This document shows, piece by piece, positions 54,153 through 64,000 of a stretch of DNA of 64,000 nt. The stretch spans positions 879 to 64,878 of the forward strand of contig JAGVBU010000003.1 in assembly GCA_020059585.1 (NCBI GenBank). Reading direction: 5' to 3'. The DNA comes from Minisyncoccota bacterium (GTDB lineage: Bacteria > Patescibacteriota > Minisyncoccia > UBA6257 > GWB1-50-10). The stretch's first letter is position 1. The number at the start of each line of letters is the position of its first letter. The translations under genes were made by a program, and so were the position numbers. Under the pieces are notes generated by a model. That model was not told the origin of the DNA. It saw nothing but the letters and a program-made list of their open reading frames with translations, and searched no databases.

Positions 54153-56402
54153 ATGCCCACCACATTCCAATCCGTTAAAAAAAGAAACGGACAGATAGAC
54201 TTGTTTGATGAATCGCGGATTATTGCCGCGATTTTAAAGGCAATGGCCGTTTCTCAAGAAGGGGGAGAAAAAGAAGCTGCGCGTGTTTCTGAAAATGTCG
54301 TGAAACTTCTTGCAAAATCCCATTCTTACGAAGACGTATTGGATATTGAAGAAATCCAAGACCTTGTTGAGACACAACTCATCGAGCTTGATTATGTAAA
54401 GACCGCAAAAGCATATATCCTCTATCGGCAAGAGCGATCGCGCGTACGCGAACAGAAGCAGCTTATTCCCGATGATGTAAAAAGACTTGTGGATGAAAGT
54501 AAGGAATATTTTCAGAACCAGCTTGGAGAGTTTATTTATTTCAGAACATATTCACGATGGATGGAAAAAGAGGGACGCAGGGAAACATGGATTGAGACGG
54601 TGGATCGATATGTGAATTTTATGAAAGAAAATCTCGGAAAGAAACTTACCGATGATGAATATGCCGAAGTGCGCGAAGCGATTTTAAAACAAGAAGCGAT
54701 GCCGTCAATGCGGCTTTTGTGGAGCGCCGGAGATGCCGCAAAACGGACGAATATCGCGGGATATAATTGTTCGTTTGTCGCGCCGACAAAAGTTCAGGAT
54801 TTTGCCGAAATTATGTATCTTTCAATGTGCGGCGCCGGCGTTGGGTTTTCGGTGGAACAACAGGCGATACAGCAGTTGCCTCAGATTAAGAAACAGACAG
54901 GAAAAAAACTTTCTCCATTTGTTGTTGAAGACAGTAAGGAGGGATGGGCAGATGCGTTGTCGTTTGGAATGAAGACGTGGTTCGAGGGAAAAGATGTTGT
55001 CTTTGATTATTCAAAGCTGCGTCCGAAGGGAGCTCGTTTAAAGACTATGGGAGGACGCAGTTCTGGTCCTGATCCTTTGCGCGCCGCCCTCGATTTTTCG
55101 CGCAGGAAGATATTATCGAAGCAGGGGAAGCGACTCGAGCCAATTGATGTACACGATATTATCTGCAAGATAGGGGAGGTTGTGGTGATGGGAGGGGTGC
55201 GTCGCACCGCTCTTATTTCGCTCTCTGATCTGGATGATAAGGATATGCGCCATGCAAAAATGGGACAGTTCTATATTACTGATCCGCAGCGTTCTATGGC
55301 GAATAATTCCGCAGTATATAATGAAAAACCGACCGCAAGTGATTTTCTTGATGAATGGATTGCGATTGCGAAGAGCGGCACGGGGGAGCGCGGCATTTTT
55401 AATCGCGCGGGACTCGAAAAACAGATGCCCAAGCGGCGATGGAATAAGTTCATATCCCATCTCGAATTTTCGGGGACAAATCCATGCGGAGAAATAGTGC
55501 TTCGATCAAAAGAATTCTGTAATCTTTCCGAAGTGGTGGCGCGGGAAAGCGATACCGAAGAAACGCTTTTAAGAAAAATACGCGTCGCGACGATTATAGG
55601 AACGTATCAATCGACGCTCACCGATTTTCCGTATCTTTCAAAAGAATGGAAGAAAAATTGCGAAGAAGAGCGCCTTCTCGGCGTTTCTATTACCGGTCAA
55701 TGGGATTGTCCCGCAGTACGCAATGGAGAGACGCTGAAAAAGATGCGCGATCGCGCCATCGAAGTGAATCAGGAATATGCAAAACGTTTTGGTATTAATC
55801 CTTCTGCCTCGGTTACCTGCGTGAAGCCCTCGGGTACGGTTTCTCAGCTCGTGGATTCTGCATCTGGATTGCATCCGCGTCATGCAAAATTTTACATTCG
55901 TCGCATCAGAATTGCCGCCACCGACAGTTTATTTAATATGCTGCGTGATCAGAAGATACCCTTCTATCCGGAAATCGGGCAATATGGCGATAATATCAGC
56001 ACCTACGTACTTGAGTTTCCGGTGAAAGCTCCGGACGGTTCGAATTTTAAGAATGATATATCCGCAATTGAACAACTTGAATACTGGAAAATGGTTAAGG
56101 AGAGTTACACGGAACATAATCCTTCGGTTACAATTTCGGTTGGTGATGATGAATGGATCGCGGTTGCGCACTGGCTCTATGAGCACTGGGATATGCTCGG
56201 AGGACTCTCTTTCCTTCCTCGTGACAATCACGTATATGCTCTTGCTCCGTATGAAGAGATCACGGAAGAAAAATACAACGAACTTACAAAGAATTTCCCT
56301 ACGATTGATTTCGCCCAGTTGGTGCTCTATGAGAACGATGATGAGACTCAGGGCGCAAAAGAGCTCGCATGTGTCGGGGGAACGTGTGAGATTACGACAT
56401 AG
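54153..56402 (+). CDS. nrdJ: Ribonucleotide reductase, class II-like (adenosylcobalamin-dependent NrdJ-type) with N-terminal ATP-cone
   Basis: ATP-cone start (VKKRNGQIDLFDESRI..). Catalytic NPCGEI (thiyl-radical Cys loop). C-terminal CVGGTCE redox Cys pair. No nrdB/nrdF nearby. Assigned to class II rather than I by motif recall, not by search. Confidence 0.6.
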   Translation: MPTTFQSVKKRNGQIDLFDESRIIAAILKAMAVSQEGGEKEAARVSENVVKLLAKSHSYEDVLDIEEIQDLVETQLIELDYVKTAKAYILYRQERSRVREQKQLIPDDVKRLVDESKEYFQNQLGEFIYFRTYSRWMEKEGRRETWIETVDRYVNFMKENLGKKLTDDEYAEVREAILKQEAMPSMRLLWSAGDAAKRTNIAGYNCSFVAPTKVQDFAEIMYLSMCGAGVGFSVEQQAIQQLPQIKKQTGKKLSPFVVEDSKEGWADALSFGMKTWFEGKDVVFDYSKLRPKGARLKTMGGRSSGPDPLRAALDFSRRKILSKQGKRLEPIDVHDIICKIGEVVVMGGVRRTALISLSDLDDKDMRHAKMGQFYITDPQRSMANNSAVYNEKPTASDFLDEWIAIAKSGTGERGIFNRAGLEKQMPKRRWNKFISHLEFSGTNPCGEIVLRSKEFCNLSEVVARESDTEETLLRKIRVATIIGTYQSTLTDFPYLSKEWKKNCEEERLLGVSITGQWDCPAVRNGETLKKMRDRAIEVNQEYAKRFGINPSASVTCVKPSGTVSQLVDSASGLHPRHAKFYIRRIRIAATDSLFNMLRDQKIPFYPEIGQYGDNISTYVLEFPVKAPDGSNFKNDISAIEQLEYWKMVKESYTEHNPSVTISVGDDEWIAVAHWLYEHWDMLGGLSFLPRDNHVYALAPYEEITEEKYNELTKNFPTIDFAQLVLYENDDETQGAKELACVGGTCEITT

Positions 56403-56404
56403 AC

Positions 56405-56434
56405 GAAAAAAACCGCCGTTAATTCGGCGGTTTT
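56405..56434 (+). terminator. Rho-independent terminator after the RNR gene
   Basis: AAAAAACCGCCG-ttaatt-CGGCGGTTTTCT. Confidence 0.55.
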
Positions 56435-56709
56435 CTATATCTTGTAACAATCCTGAAGGGTCTTTGAGTGAATATTTCCATCATTCCATCTATTATCTTT
56501 TTATAGATTACTTTTTTGTTCGGCGTTCTTCTTCCTTCTCTTTTTGGTTGGATAAGTTCGCGTATTAATTGGCGATCCATAAAAATAATCTTGCAGTGAT
56601 TGCAGGTAAAGTAGGGGATATCAAATCGCGCCCAAGAAAAATCAAAAAATAGACACGCAATATTTATTTCAGCCTCTTCTTTGCATAATGGACAAATACG
56701 GGTTATCAC
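56419..56709 (-). CDS. Small zinc-ribbon protein (hypothetical)
   Basis: CPLCKEE..(N)..CNHCKII, i.e. two CxxC pairs; 96 aa. Reading frame overlaps the terminator hairpin, so C-terminal extent is uncertain. Confidence 0.35.
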   Translation of the reverse strand: MITRICPLCKEEAEINIACLFFDFSWARFDIPYFTCNHCKIIFMDRQLIRELIQPKREGRRTPNKKVIYKKIIDGMMEIFTQRPFRIVTRYRKPPN

Positions 56710-56906
56710 ATTCCACCTCCTATTCCGAGTATCTTCCTTAAGAATTCGATAAACCCCGAATTATTTGTGACGGTCGGTGGTGGGAATTCATATTTTTTCC
56801 CGCATCGCGCGCATTGGTATTTGTATTTTTCCTCAAGATTCATCTTTCTCATGAGATATCCGCCGCACGTGCATCGTGGTTCGATGTGAATATCGTTTGT
56901 TTCCAT
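56706..56906 (-). CDS. Small zinc-ribbon protein (hypothetical)
   Basis: CTCGG..(N)..CARCGKKY, i.e. two CxxC pairs; 66 aa; ATGA-type overlap with the downstream ORF. Confidence 0.4.
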   Translation of the reverse strand: METNDIHIEPRCTCGGYLMRKMNLEEKYKYQCARCGKKYEFPPPTVTNNSGFIEFLRKILGIGGGM

Positions 56907-56988
56907 AGAATAGCTCCTTTTTGAATAATCTAAGCTAGTTATACCATGTGATTTTTTATTTTTGAATAAGGGTGCTTAAATAAGGGAT

Positions 56989-58011
56989 ATGAGGAGATTG
57001 CTCATAATTATAGGAACTCTTGTCCTTATCGCGGGTTTTTGGCTTCTTATTTTCCAATACGCTTCCCTGTTCCGCACGACAGAAGATCCCGCAACACCCC
57101 TCCCTCACGCGAACATTGAGATTCAGATACCCGATCCGGAACCCATTGCATCTTCATTGAGAATTCTTTTTACGGGCGATCTCATGCTTGATCGCGGAGT
57201 AAAATACTATGTTGAAAAAATCGGAGGCGGGGACTATACATTTCCCTTTACGAAGATAAAGTCATATCTTGATTCGTTTGATGTAGTTATTCCGAATCTC
57301 GAGGGTCCCGTATCTGACAAGGGAGTGAAGGTTGGAAGTATCTATTCGTTCCGTATGGATCCGAAGGTATTCGAAACATTCTCCTACGCGAATATACACG
57401 CGGTGAATGTGGCGAATAATCACGCGTGGGATTATGGTCGCGTGGCTTTTGAGGATACGCTCCGGAGACTTAAGGAAAAAAACATTGGATATTTTGGCGG
57501 GGGAATCTCTGAGGCGGAAGCGTATGCGCCTCATATATTGGAAAAAGATGGAGTTCGCGTAGGCATCCTTGGATTTACGGAATTTCTTGAACACGCGCAG
57601 GCAGACGGAGACGGTGGGGGTATTGCTTTTACCGATATGGAAAAAATAAAGAGTGCGATACAAAACGCAAAAACAAATACTATCGACGCGCTTATTGTGG
57701 TATATCACTTTGGTGAAGAATATATTCCGGAACCCATCGCGCGCCAAGTGGATCTCGCGCGTTTTGCTATTGATGAGGGGGCGGATCTTGTGGTGGGGCA
57801 TCATCCGCACGTCGTTGAATCGAGTGAGGTCTATAAACAAAAAAAGATTTTCTATTCGCTCGGAAATTTCATCTTTGACCAGAGTTTTTCAAAAGAAACG
57901 ATGACGCCAGGATTTCTTGAGGTCACCGTATCGACACTTGGGATAGAATCGGCGCTTTTGAAGCGGGGATCGATGACACAATATTACGAGGTGATTCCTC
58001 CCGTGGAATAA
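56989..58011 (+). CDS. CapA/PgsA-family metallophosphatase-fold protein (poly-gamma-glutamate synthesis-like)
   Basis: N-terminal TM helix. ILFTGDLMLDRGV, NLEGPV, ANNHAWDYG, VVYHFGEEY, VVGHHPHV are typical of the CapA/YwtB family. Confidence 0.7.
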   Translation: MRRLLIIIGTLVLIAGFWLLIFQYASLFRTTEDPATPLPHANIEIQIPDPEPIASSLRILFTGDLMLDRGVKYYVEKIGGGDYTFPFTKIKSYLDSFDVVIPNLEGPVSDKGVKVGSIYSFRMDPKVFETFSYANIHAVNVANNHAWDYGRVAFEDTLRRLKEKNIGYFGGGISEAEAYAPHILEKDGVRVGILGFTEFLEHAQADGDGGGIAFTDMEKIKSAIQNAKTNTIDALIVVYHFGEEYIPEPIARQVDLARFAIDEGADLVVGHHPHVVESSEVYKQKKIFYSLGNFIFDQSFSKETMTPGFLEVTVSTLGIESALLKRGSMTQYYEVIPPVE

Positions 58012-58030
58012 AAAAGGTATTATAAATGAT

Positions 58031-58513
58031 ATGCATATTTCGAAACGCATCATAGGAGCCACGCTCATCGTATGTCTCGCTTTGCTTGTGGTACTTCTTC
58101 TGGGAGGAGGGGGAAGAGACGATCAGTATTGTTTGTCATTGGCACCCTTCCTTGAAGAGGGGTGTAATGATGACATCGAGAAGGGGGCGCTTCTTGATGT
58201 CCTCGAATTCAAATCGTATGGTATCGGAACTCTTGCGTGCGGGGAGGGAGTGGTGAAGAACATAAGCAAGGAGAGACTCGGGTATGTGCGCTCTATTCTT
58301 ACGTTTTATGAAAAAGACGGAAACGTGTTCGATTTTTCCGAGGGATATATCAATTCCGAAGGGAAAATGTTTCTTCCGGGCGAGGAGGCGCTTTTTAAGC
58401 GGTGTATTGAAGACGATATGTCAAAAGTTGATACGGATCGCACGAAGGCAGCTTTCATGGGAAAGGTGGGAGATGATTTCGACGATAGAAATCTTTATTT
58501 CGGGGAACAATAA
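58031..58513 (+). CDS. Secreted hypothetical protein
   Basis: N-terminal TM/signal helix; 160 aa. Confidence 0.45.
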   Translation: MHISKRIIGATLIVCLALLVVLLLGGGGRDDQYCLSLAPFLEEGCNDDIEKGALLDVLEFKSYGIGTLACGEGVVKNISKERLGYVRSILTFYEKDGNVFDFSEGYINSEGKMFLPGEEALFKRCIEDDMSKVDTDRTKAAFMGKVGDDFDDRNLYFGEQ

Positions 58514-58534
58514 TATCCGGGAACAGCAATTTAT

Positions 58535-59479
58535 ATGATACACGGAGTCATTGTTCCAATTCTTTCTCTAGTCGCGATATTTTTATTCAGCGTCCATAAA
58601 TTCAGCGACCATATGCAGCGGCTTGCGGGAGAAAGATTCAAGTCGATTCTCCGCTCTTTTACGTCGACTCCGGGTCGCGGATTCGGAATCGGAGTGCTTT
58701 TCACATCGCTTATACAATCGAGTACGGCAACTACGGTTATTCTTGTAAGTTTGGTACACGCGGGACTCCTTTCTTTTAGGAGTACGCTCGGAGTCGTGTT
58801 TGGAGCGAATGTGGGCTCAACCATCACCTCCCAGTTGGTCGCGATGAATGTGGGGAATATCGCGCCGTATCTCGTGCTGTTTGGATTTCTCATCACTTTC
58901 TCTAAAAAAAGATTCAGAGAGTTCGGGAAACTTGTGTTTTATTTTGGGCTTATGTTTTTCAGTTTGTTTCTTGTTTCGGTATATCTTGAGCCCATCCGGG
59001 AGAACGGGGAGGTGCTTGATATGCTCTCGCATATGTCGAGTTTTCCTATTGCTGTATTCGCGGGATTTATGCTTACCGCGGTTATCCAGTCGAGCGGCGT
59101 GGTGTCGGGTATGATTATTCTTCTTGTGGGAAACGGATTGATGGGATTCGATCAGGCGTTCGGAATGATTATCGGTGCGAATATCGGGACCACGGTGACG
59201 GCGCTCATTGCGTCGATGTTTATGAATATTGAGGCGAAAAAAGTCGCGTTTGGGCATCTTATGTTCAATCTCATAGGGCTTTTCCTTTTTTTCCCCATTC
59301 AGGGTCTGCTCCTATATGCGGTGAATGGTATAGGGGGGTCCGTGTCCCAACAGGTCGCGAATGCGCATCTTATATTTAACGTGACATGCGGAATATTATT
59401 CCTCATCTTTATAAATCCGTTCGGAAGATTCATAGATTGGATAGGAAACATTTTGTTTTCGCAAAAAGCGCGTGGGTAG
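58535..59479 (+). CDS. Na+/phosphate symporter family (NptA-like) membrane protein
   Basis: Duplicated signature GANVGSTITSQLVA and GANIGTTVTALIAS (the GANIGT repeat of the Na/Pi-cotransporter II-related family). Confidence 0.7.
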   Translation: MIHGVIVPILSLVAIFLFSVHKFSDHMQRLAGERFKSILRSFTSTPGRGFGIGVLFTSLIQSSTATTVILVSLVHAGLLSFRSTLGVVFGANVGSTITSQLVAMNVGNIAPYLVLFGFLITFSKKRFREFGKLVFYFGLMFFSLFLVSVYLEPIRENGEVLDMLSHMSSFPIAVFAGFMLTAVIQSSGVVSGMIILLVGNGLMGFDQAFGMIIGANIGTTVTALIASMFMNIEAKKVAFGHLMFNLIGLFLFFPIQGLLLYAVNGIGGSVSQQVANAHLIFNVTCGILFLIFINPFGRFIDWIGNILFSQKARG

Positions 59480-59496
59480 AGTTTCTCATGATAAAA

Positions 59497-59526
59497 ATAA
59501 AAAATTCCCGACTATATCGTCGGGAA
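59497..59526 (-). terminator. Rho-independent terminator (minus strand) with stem TTCCCGAC/GTCGGGAA
   Basis: AAAAAATTCCCGACtatatcGTCGGGAA; the same stem sequence as the terminator at 23586. Confidence 0.5.
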
Positions 59527-59548
59527 TCTTAATGTAATATAACGCGTG

Positions 59549-60046
59549 TTATCGATTAAGCTTTTCCATCAATTTAAGAAATTCAAGGTCGTTGCCTCCC
59601 ATTCCGATGCTGATGATTCCTATTCCCCCTGAAGTTTCTTCCTCGGGAACCGATACCACCTTCCATCCTTTTCTGATGCCGACGGAATCAGGACAATTTT
59701 CAATGGATGCTCTTACGGACATCCATTTAATGCTTTGATACAGATCGATGAGCTTTTTCTTTTCGTGAAGTTTCTTTTTCAGCGCGCTGCATTTTTCCTT
59801 ATCGTGGGAGAATGGTGTTTCGTGAAGTTTTTCAAGTTCTTTTACTATAATCTCAGCCTCGTCAACTTCCTTTGATGTAAGCACGTCGAGACATTTTGCC
59901 TCATATGGCGCATCGCCGATCTCGACCTCTCCCGTCTTTGTTTCAGGAAGAATTTCCGCTTCTTTTGAGATTTCTTCGTCTGTCACGTTCTGGACAGAAT
60001 CATTTAAATCGAAAAGAATTCCGTTGAAATCTGATTTTTCTGTCAT
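59549..60046 (-). CDS. Acidic hypothetical protein
   Basis: 165-aa ORF with a downstream terminator. Confidence 0.45.
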   Translation of the reverse strand: MTEKSDFNGILFDLNDSVQNVTDEEISKEAEILPETKTGEVEIGDAPYEAKCLDVLTSKEVDEAEIIVKELEKLHETPFSHDKEKCSALKKKLHEKKKLIDLYQSIKWMSVRASIENCPDSVGIRKGWKVVSVPEEETSGGIGIISIGMGGNDLEFLKLMEKLNR

Positions 60047-60183
60047 AACCGCTCCTTATTGTTTGTAAAATGAGTTACACATGGTAACTTTTCCGGATTT
60101 ATTTTTGCATTTTTATAGTGTTTTGTCAATAACTGCGCGATGTACACCCATTTCAGTTTCTCCTAAAATAAGAAGACGCCTTC

Positions 60184-61344
60184 ATGAAAATAGAATTCAT
60201 TATATTTTTCGGCATCGCGCTTCTTATTTACGGGAGCGTTCATTTCTATATTTTCATCCGAGGATGGCAGGCGTGTGCGGCGGCGGGAGGGGTGTTTCAG
60301 GTTTTTTATGCGATTGTTTTTTGGGTGCTTGCATTGTCATTCATTGCGGGGCGCGTGCTTGAGAATTATGTTCAGAACGGATATGCCGACGCGGTGGTGT
60401 GGATAGGATCGCTTTGGCTTTCCGTGATGGTATACCTTTTCTTTTTTGTCCTTATGCTCGATCTTGGAAGATTTTTGTTCACCGTGTTCGGGAATACACC
60501 CTCACAATGGACGGATAGCTATGAGTCATTTAAGCTTTTTGTCGGCGCTTTCGGGTTCTTGTTGGCATTATCCGTCACGGCGTTCGGATTTTGGAACGCG
60601 CGCACGCCCGTAGTGAAAGAATTGGAAATAGTTCTTGAAAAAGAAGGGGGAGAAAAAAAGGAATGGACTATTGTAGTAGCAAGCGATATCCATCTTGGCA
60701 CGATAGTGCATAAAAACCGCGCCGAGGCGCTTGTGGCGTCCGTGAACGCGCTCAAGTCGGATCTTGTGTTGTTTGCGGGAGATACGATCGATGAGGATAT
60801 CCGTCCCGTCATCAGAAGGGACATTGGGGAATCGCTTAAAAAAATATCGTCACGGTACGGCATCTATGCGATCACGGGGAATCATGAATATATCGGGGGC
60901 GCGGATGCGGCGGTGGAATATCTCGAAGACCACGGTATTACAATGCTTCGCGACTCATATGCGCTCATAGGAGACGGGTTGTATGTCATAGGAAGAGAAG
61001 ATACGAGCGTAGAACGTTTTGCGGGAACAAAAAGAAAGAGTATAGACGAGCTCTTTCGGGGGGTTGATGTATCAAAACCTATTATTATTTTAGATCACCA
61101 GCCGTTTTCGCTTGACGCGGTTGCGAGGGATGGACGCGCGGATATTCAGTTTTCCGGACATACGCATCACGGACAGTTGTGGCCGTTTAATTTCATAACG
61201 GAAATGATCTATGAATTGAGTTGGGGACACAGGAAGATAGGGAATACGGAATTTTATGTTTCCTCGGGATGGGGGACGTGGGGACCTCCGATTCGCATTG
61301 GAAATACCCCGGAACTTGTGCGGTTGAAATTAAAACTGCGATAA
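60184..61344 (+). CDS. Membrane-anchored calcineurin-like metallophosphoesterase
   Basis: Four to five N-terminal TM helices, then VASDIHLG, GDTIDE, GNHEY, GHTHHGQ (metallophosphatase motifs I-V). Confidence 0.7.
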   Translation: MKIEFIIFFGIALLIYGSVHFYIFIRGWQACAAAGGVFQVFYAIVFWVLALSFIAGRVLENYVQNGYADAVVWIGSLWLSVMVYLFFFVLMLDLGRFLFTVFGNTPSQWTDSYESFKLFVGAFGFLLALSVTAFGFWNARTPVVKELEIVLEKEGGEKKEWTIVVASDIHLGTIVHKNRAEALVASVNALKSDLVLFAGDTIDEDIRPVIRRDIGESLKKISSRYGIYAITGNHEYIGGADAAVEYLEDHGITMLRDSYALIGDGLYVIGREDTSVERFAGTKRKSIDELFRGVDVSKPIIILDHQPFSLDAVARDGRADIQFSGHTHHGQLWPFNFITEMIYELSWGHRKIGNTEFYVSSGWGTWGPPIRIGNTPELVRLKLKLR

Positions 61345-61396
61345 TCATCAGATTCTCATTTTGCTTCGTTTTGCGATGCGGGTGTAGAATGAGGGT

Positions 61397-61681
61397 ATGC
61401 TGAAGATCATAGGGAATGACGTGATGCAGGACGGAAATAAGGCGGGATGGATAGAAACATCGCGCATTTTCTCCGTGGATGGAAAAAAAATAGGATATGT
61501 CACCGGATCGAGAATATATGATGCCGACGGAGATAAGGTAGGGTATATTGATGGGGAATATTTTTATCCGCAAAAAGGGGATGATACGCGCATTTCGCTT
61601 GAAAGGATGGGTGAATATGTATTAGGAGGCGATTATCCGGTTGAAGTTCGCTGCGCGGTGTATATTCTCTTTAGGACGTAA
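61397..61681 (+). CDS. Small hypothetical protein with internal KIGYVTGSRIYDADGDKVGYIDGEY repeat
   Basis: 94-aa ORF with an internal tandem peptide repeat. Confidence 0.35.
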   Translation: MLKIIGNDVMQDGNKAGWIETSRIFSVDGKKIGYVTGSRIYDADGDKVGYIDGEYFYPQKGDDTRISLERMGEYVLGGDYPVEVRCAVYILFRT

Positions 61682-61693
61682 AACAGAATCCAT

Positions 61694-62656
61694 ATGCGTT
61701 CCCGACATATCACCATCTTTCTTGCCGTTCTGGGAGTGACAATATCCTTTTCTCTTGGCTTTTTCGCAAAGGAGTGGTTTTTTCTTTCGAGGAATTTTTC
61801 CAGAGAGTTGCACGAAGGCGCGTTCCGATTTATAAACCCGCTTTTAGAGTGCGAGAATTCTGAGAATATCACGGAACTCGCTCCTTTTGAGGAAACATTG
61901 AAAGATGTGCTTAATGAGGCCGAACACAGGGAAGAAATTATATCCGCGTCTGTTTATTTTAGAGATTTGAATAATGGACCGTGGCTTGGCATTGAGGAGG
62001 ATGCGGAATTTTCTCCGGCAAGTCTTTTGAAGGTTCCCATCATGATCGCATATTTCAAAGAAGCGGAGGAGAATCCTGCAATTCTTGAAAAGAAAATCAC
62101 ATTCAGTCCATCGAAAGAAGGGAATGCAACACAGTTCTTTTCTCCGGGAGAGGGGCTTGAACAGGGAAAAGAATATTCCGTAAACGATCTCATTGCGAGG
62201 ATGATCATGTATTCTGATAACAACGCAAAAGATCTCCTTCTCCTGAATGCGGAAGATTTTCTCAAAAAGACATATCAAGATCTTGGCATTACCGTTCCAG
62301 GAACAAGAGGAATCGAGAATTTTATGTCCGTCCGCGAATATGCACGTTTTTTTAGGATACTCTATAACGCGTCATATCTTGATGAATATTTCTCGAATAA
62401 GGCCCTTGAGTTACTTTCCCGCGCAGAATTCCGCGAGGGACTCGTAGGTGGGGTGCCCTCGCAGATAAACGTGGCTCATAAGTTTGGAGAGCGGGTGATT
62501 GGCCAGGTGAAACAGCTTCACGATTGCGGCATCGTATATCATCCAAAGAGGCCCTATCTTCTGTGTGTTATGACGCGGGGGAGCGATTTTTCCTCAATGG
62601 GGAACGCAATAAGAGCGATATCCGAGAAAACATTCTCGATCGTTTCCTCAGATTGA
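61694..62656 (+). CDS. Class A beta-lactamase-like serine hydrolase (membrane-anchored)
   Basis: N-terminal TM helix. PASLLKV (S-x-x-K), YSDNNA (SDN) and HKFG (KTG-like) motifs in class A order and spacing. Confidence 0.6.
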   Translation: MRSRHITIFLAVLGVTISFSLGFFAKEWFFLSRNFSRELHEGAFRFINPLLECENSENITELAPFEETLKDVLNEAEHREEIISASVYFRDLNNGPWLGIEEDAEFSPASLLKVPIMIAYFKEAEENPAILEKKITFSPSKEGNATQFFSPGEGLEQGKEYSVNDLIARMIMYSDNNAKDLLLLNAEDFLKKTYQDLGITVPGTRGIENFMSVREYARFFRILYNASYLDEYFSNKALELLSRAEFREGLVGGVPSQINVAHKFGERVIGQVKQLHDCGIVYHPKRPYLLCVMTRGSDFSSMGNAIRAISEKTFSIVSSD

Positions 62657-62773
62657 GAGTTTTCCCGTCGCCCCCATTTTATGGTTTCCTTAGGAACGTT
62701 TGTAATTGCAATACGCGATAGGTGCATCCCGTAAGATCTGTTTTTTGTGTTATAATTCAAAATAAATACTACT

Positions 62774-63226
62774 ATGGATATACGTATATTAGCGCGCGTG
62801 ATTACATACGACGCGGAGGAAAAAAAGATATTACTTGTAAAGAATCGCGGAATGGGTTTTTGGTATGCGCCGGGTGGGGGATGGGAATACGAGAAAGAAA
62901 ATATTCTTGAGGCGGCAAAACGGGAAATGAAAGAAGAAACGGGACTCGATGTTTCTGTTATAAAACTCCTTTATATGCAGGAGTTTCACGCGACAGAAGA
63001 TTCAATCTTTTTTGAAACGTTCTGGCTTGCGACACCAGATGGAGACAAGACTCTGAACGAATTGCATATTGATCTTGATCCGAACGGACAGGTGGAGACG
63101 GCACAGTGGTTTTCTCGCGAGGAACTCTCTGAGTTAAAGGTATTTCCCAAAAGACTCAAGAATACTTTTTGGGAAAATATAGAGAGATTTCTGAATGATG
63201 AAGATCCGTTTATCGGGGTGAGCTAG
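62774..63226 (+). CDS. NUDIX hydrolase
   Basis: Nudix box GGGWEYEKENILEAAKREMKEETGL. Confidence 0.65.
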   Translation: MDIRILARVITYDAEEKKILLVKNRGMGFWYAPGGGWEYEKENILEAAKREMKEETGLDVSVIKLLYMQEFHATEDSIFFETFWLATPDGDKTLNELHIDLDPNGQVETAQWFSREELSELKVFPKRLKNTFWENIERFLNDEDPFIGVS

Positions 63227-63962
63227 AATCCCGTTTTTTCGCACAACAAAAATAGTTCATTGCGCACATATTGAGCGGCCATTTTTTTGTTATTCCCAAA
63301 AATGGATAGCGGTCGATAAAGGTATAAAATCGTCTGAGAAAGGGGAGCCAGCTTCGTATCAGGTCTCCGCCTCTCCTTTCTACGACGGAAAATCCGTGTA
63401 TATTAAGCAGTCCATTGAGCCAGAAGGAGGTTGTAAAGTTTTCTATTCCGCATTCATGGTTTCCCCACGCATCCCATGTTTTTCCTTTATGAGAAGAGTC
63501 GTAGATTTTTTTAATGAGTCCCGCGGGATTAAAATAATTCGGTACGCTGAATATAGCATATCCTCCGGGTTTTAAGACCCTCGAACACTCACGTATGACC
63601 GATTCGGGCCTAAGACAGTGTTCGAGTACCTCCGTGCAAATGACGATATTGAACATTTCTGGCGGATACGGCATGTTTTCTGCATTTGCGCAGATTATTT
63701 TCAGAGGTATTTTTTTATTTTCCGAAGAGTTTTTCACATTTTCTACGACCTCGGGAGAGATATCAAACGCTTCGATTTCAGAGACAAACGCCGCTATCGT
63801 TTCGAGATTGTTTCCAATTCCTGTTCCCACATCAAGACAACGTGCGTTTTGGCTCCGTCCTATTTTTTTTAAGAAGTCCATTACCACTATCTGTTGCCAC
63901 GGAACCGAAGTGTGGGCATGAATATTAATTTTTTGCGTGTAATAGTTTACCTTTTTTTCCAT
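63210..63962 (-). CDS. Class I SAM-dependent methyltransferase
   Basis: CLDVGTGIGNNL (motif I), EAFDISPEVV, KPGGYAIF. Confidence 0.65.
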   Translation of the reverse strand: MEKKVNYYTQKINIHAHTSVPWQQIVVMDFLKKIGRSQNARCLDVGTGIGNNLETIAAFVSEIEAFDISPEVVENVKNSSENKKIPLKIICANAENMPYPPEMFNIVICTEVLEHCLRPESVIRECSRVLKPGGYAIFSVPNYFNPAGLIKKIYDSSHKGKTWDAWGNHECGIENFTTSFWLNGLLNIHGFSVVERRGGDLIRSWLPFLRRFYTFIDRYPFLGITKKWPLNMCAMNYFCCAKKRDSSSPR

Positions 63963-64000
63963 AGGGTTATTTTTCTGTTCTGTAGAGGATGGGTTGTTTT

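Overview
This 64 kb window is low-GC bacterial chromosome with compact, mostly co-directional genes (4-nt ATGA start/stop overlaps) and many hairpin+T-run terminators. It looks like an uncultivated, reduced-genome lineage. Many small membrane or Cys-rich hypothetical proteins sit alongside a few housekeeping genes: obg, dus, tgt, rluA-like, a DEAD-box helicase, an Fe/Mn SOD, nrdJ-like RNR, a P-type ATPase and one tRNA-Gln. There is a 23S-5S rRNA operon with its own promoter and no 16S upstream.

The most striking features are:
1. Two diverged paralogs of a ~570-aa zinc-ribbon-rich protein (6963-8645 and 46144-47871). Each closes an operon and each sits directly behind a dispersed 'AAGTAGTAAGTATT' motif.
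2. A + strand helicase/nuclease cluster: RecQ-like, DUF763-like, zinc-ribbon protein, and a UvrD-helicase with a C-terminal PD-(D/E)XK nuclease.
3. A translationally coupled membrane protein plus a stand-alone Cas4-like nuclease, upstream of a transporter and a P-type ATPase. No CRISPR array is present.
4. A P-loop kinase fused to a TtcA/TtuA-like PP-loop tRNA thiolase.
5. A tRNA-Gln locus containing duplicated tRNA halves, each split by the same 20-nt GC-rich palindrome, all bracketed by two identical 31-bp palindromes.
6. A ~396-nt ORF-less insertion in 23S rRNA at the I-CreI-type (L2593-like) site with group-I-compatible boundaries.
7. An in-frame GC-rich hairpin-rich insertion inside tgt.

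All calls are from reading the sequence and ORF track; no database searches were run.
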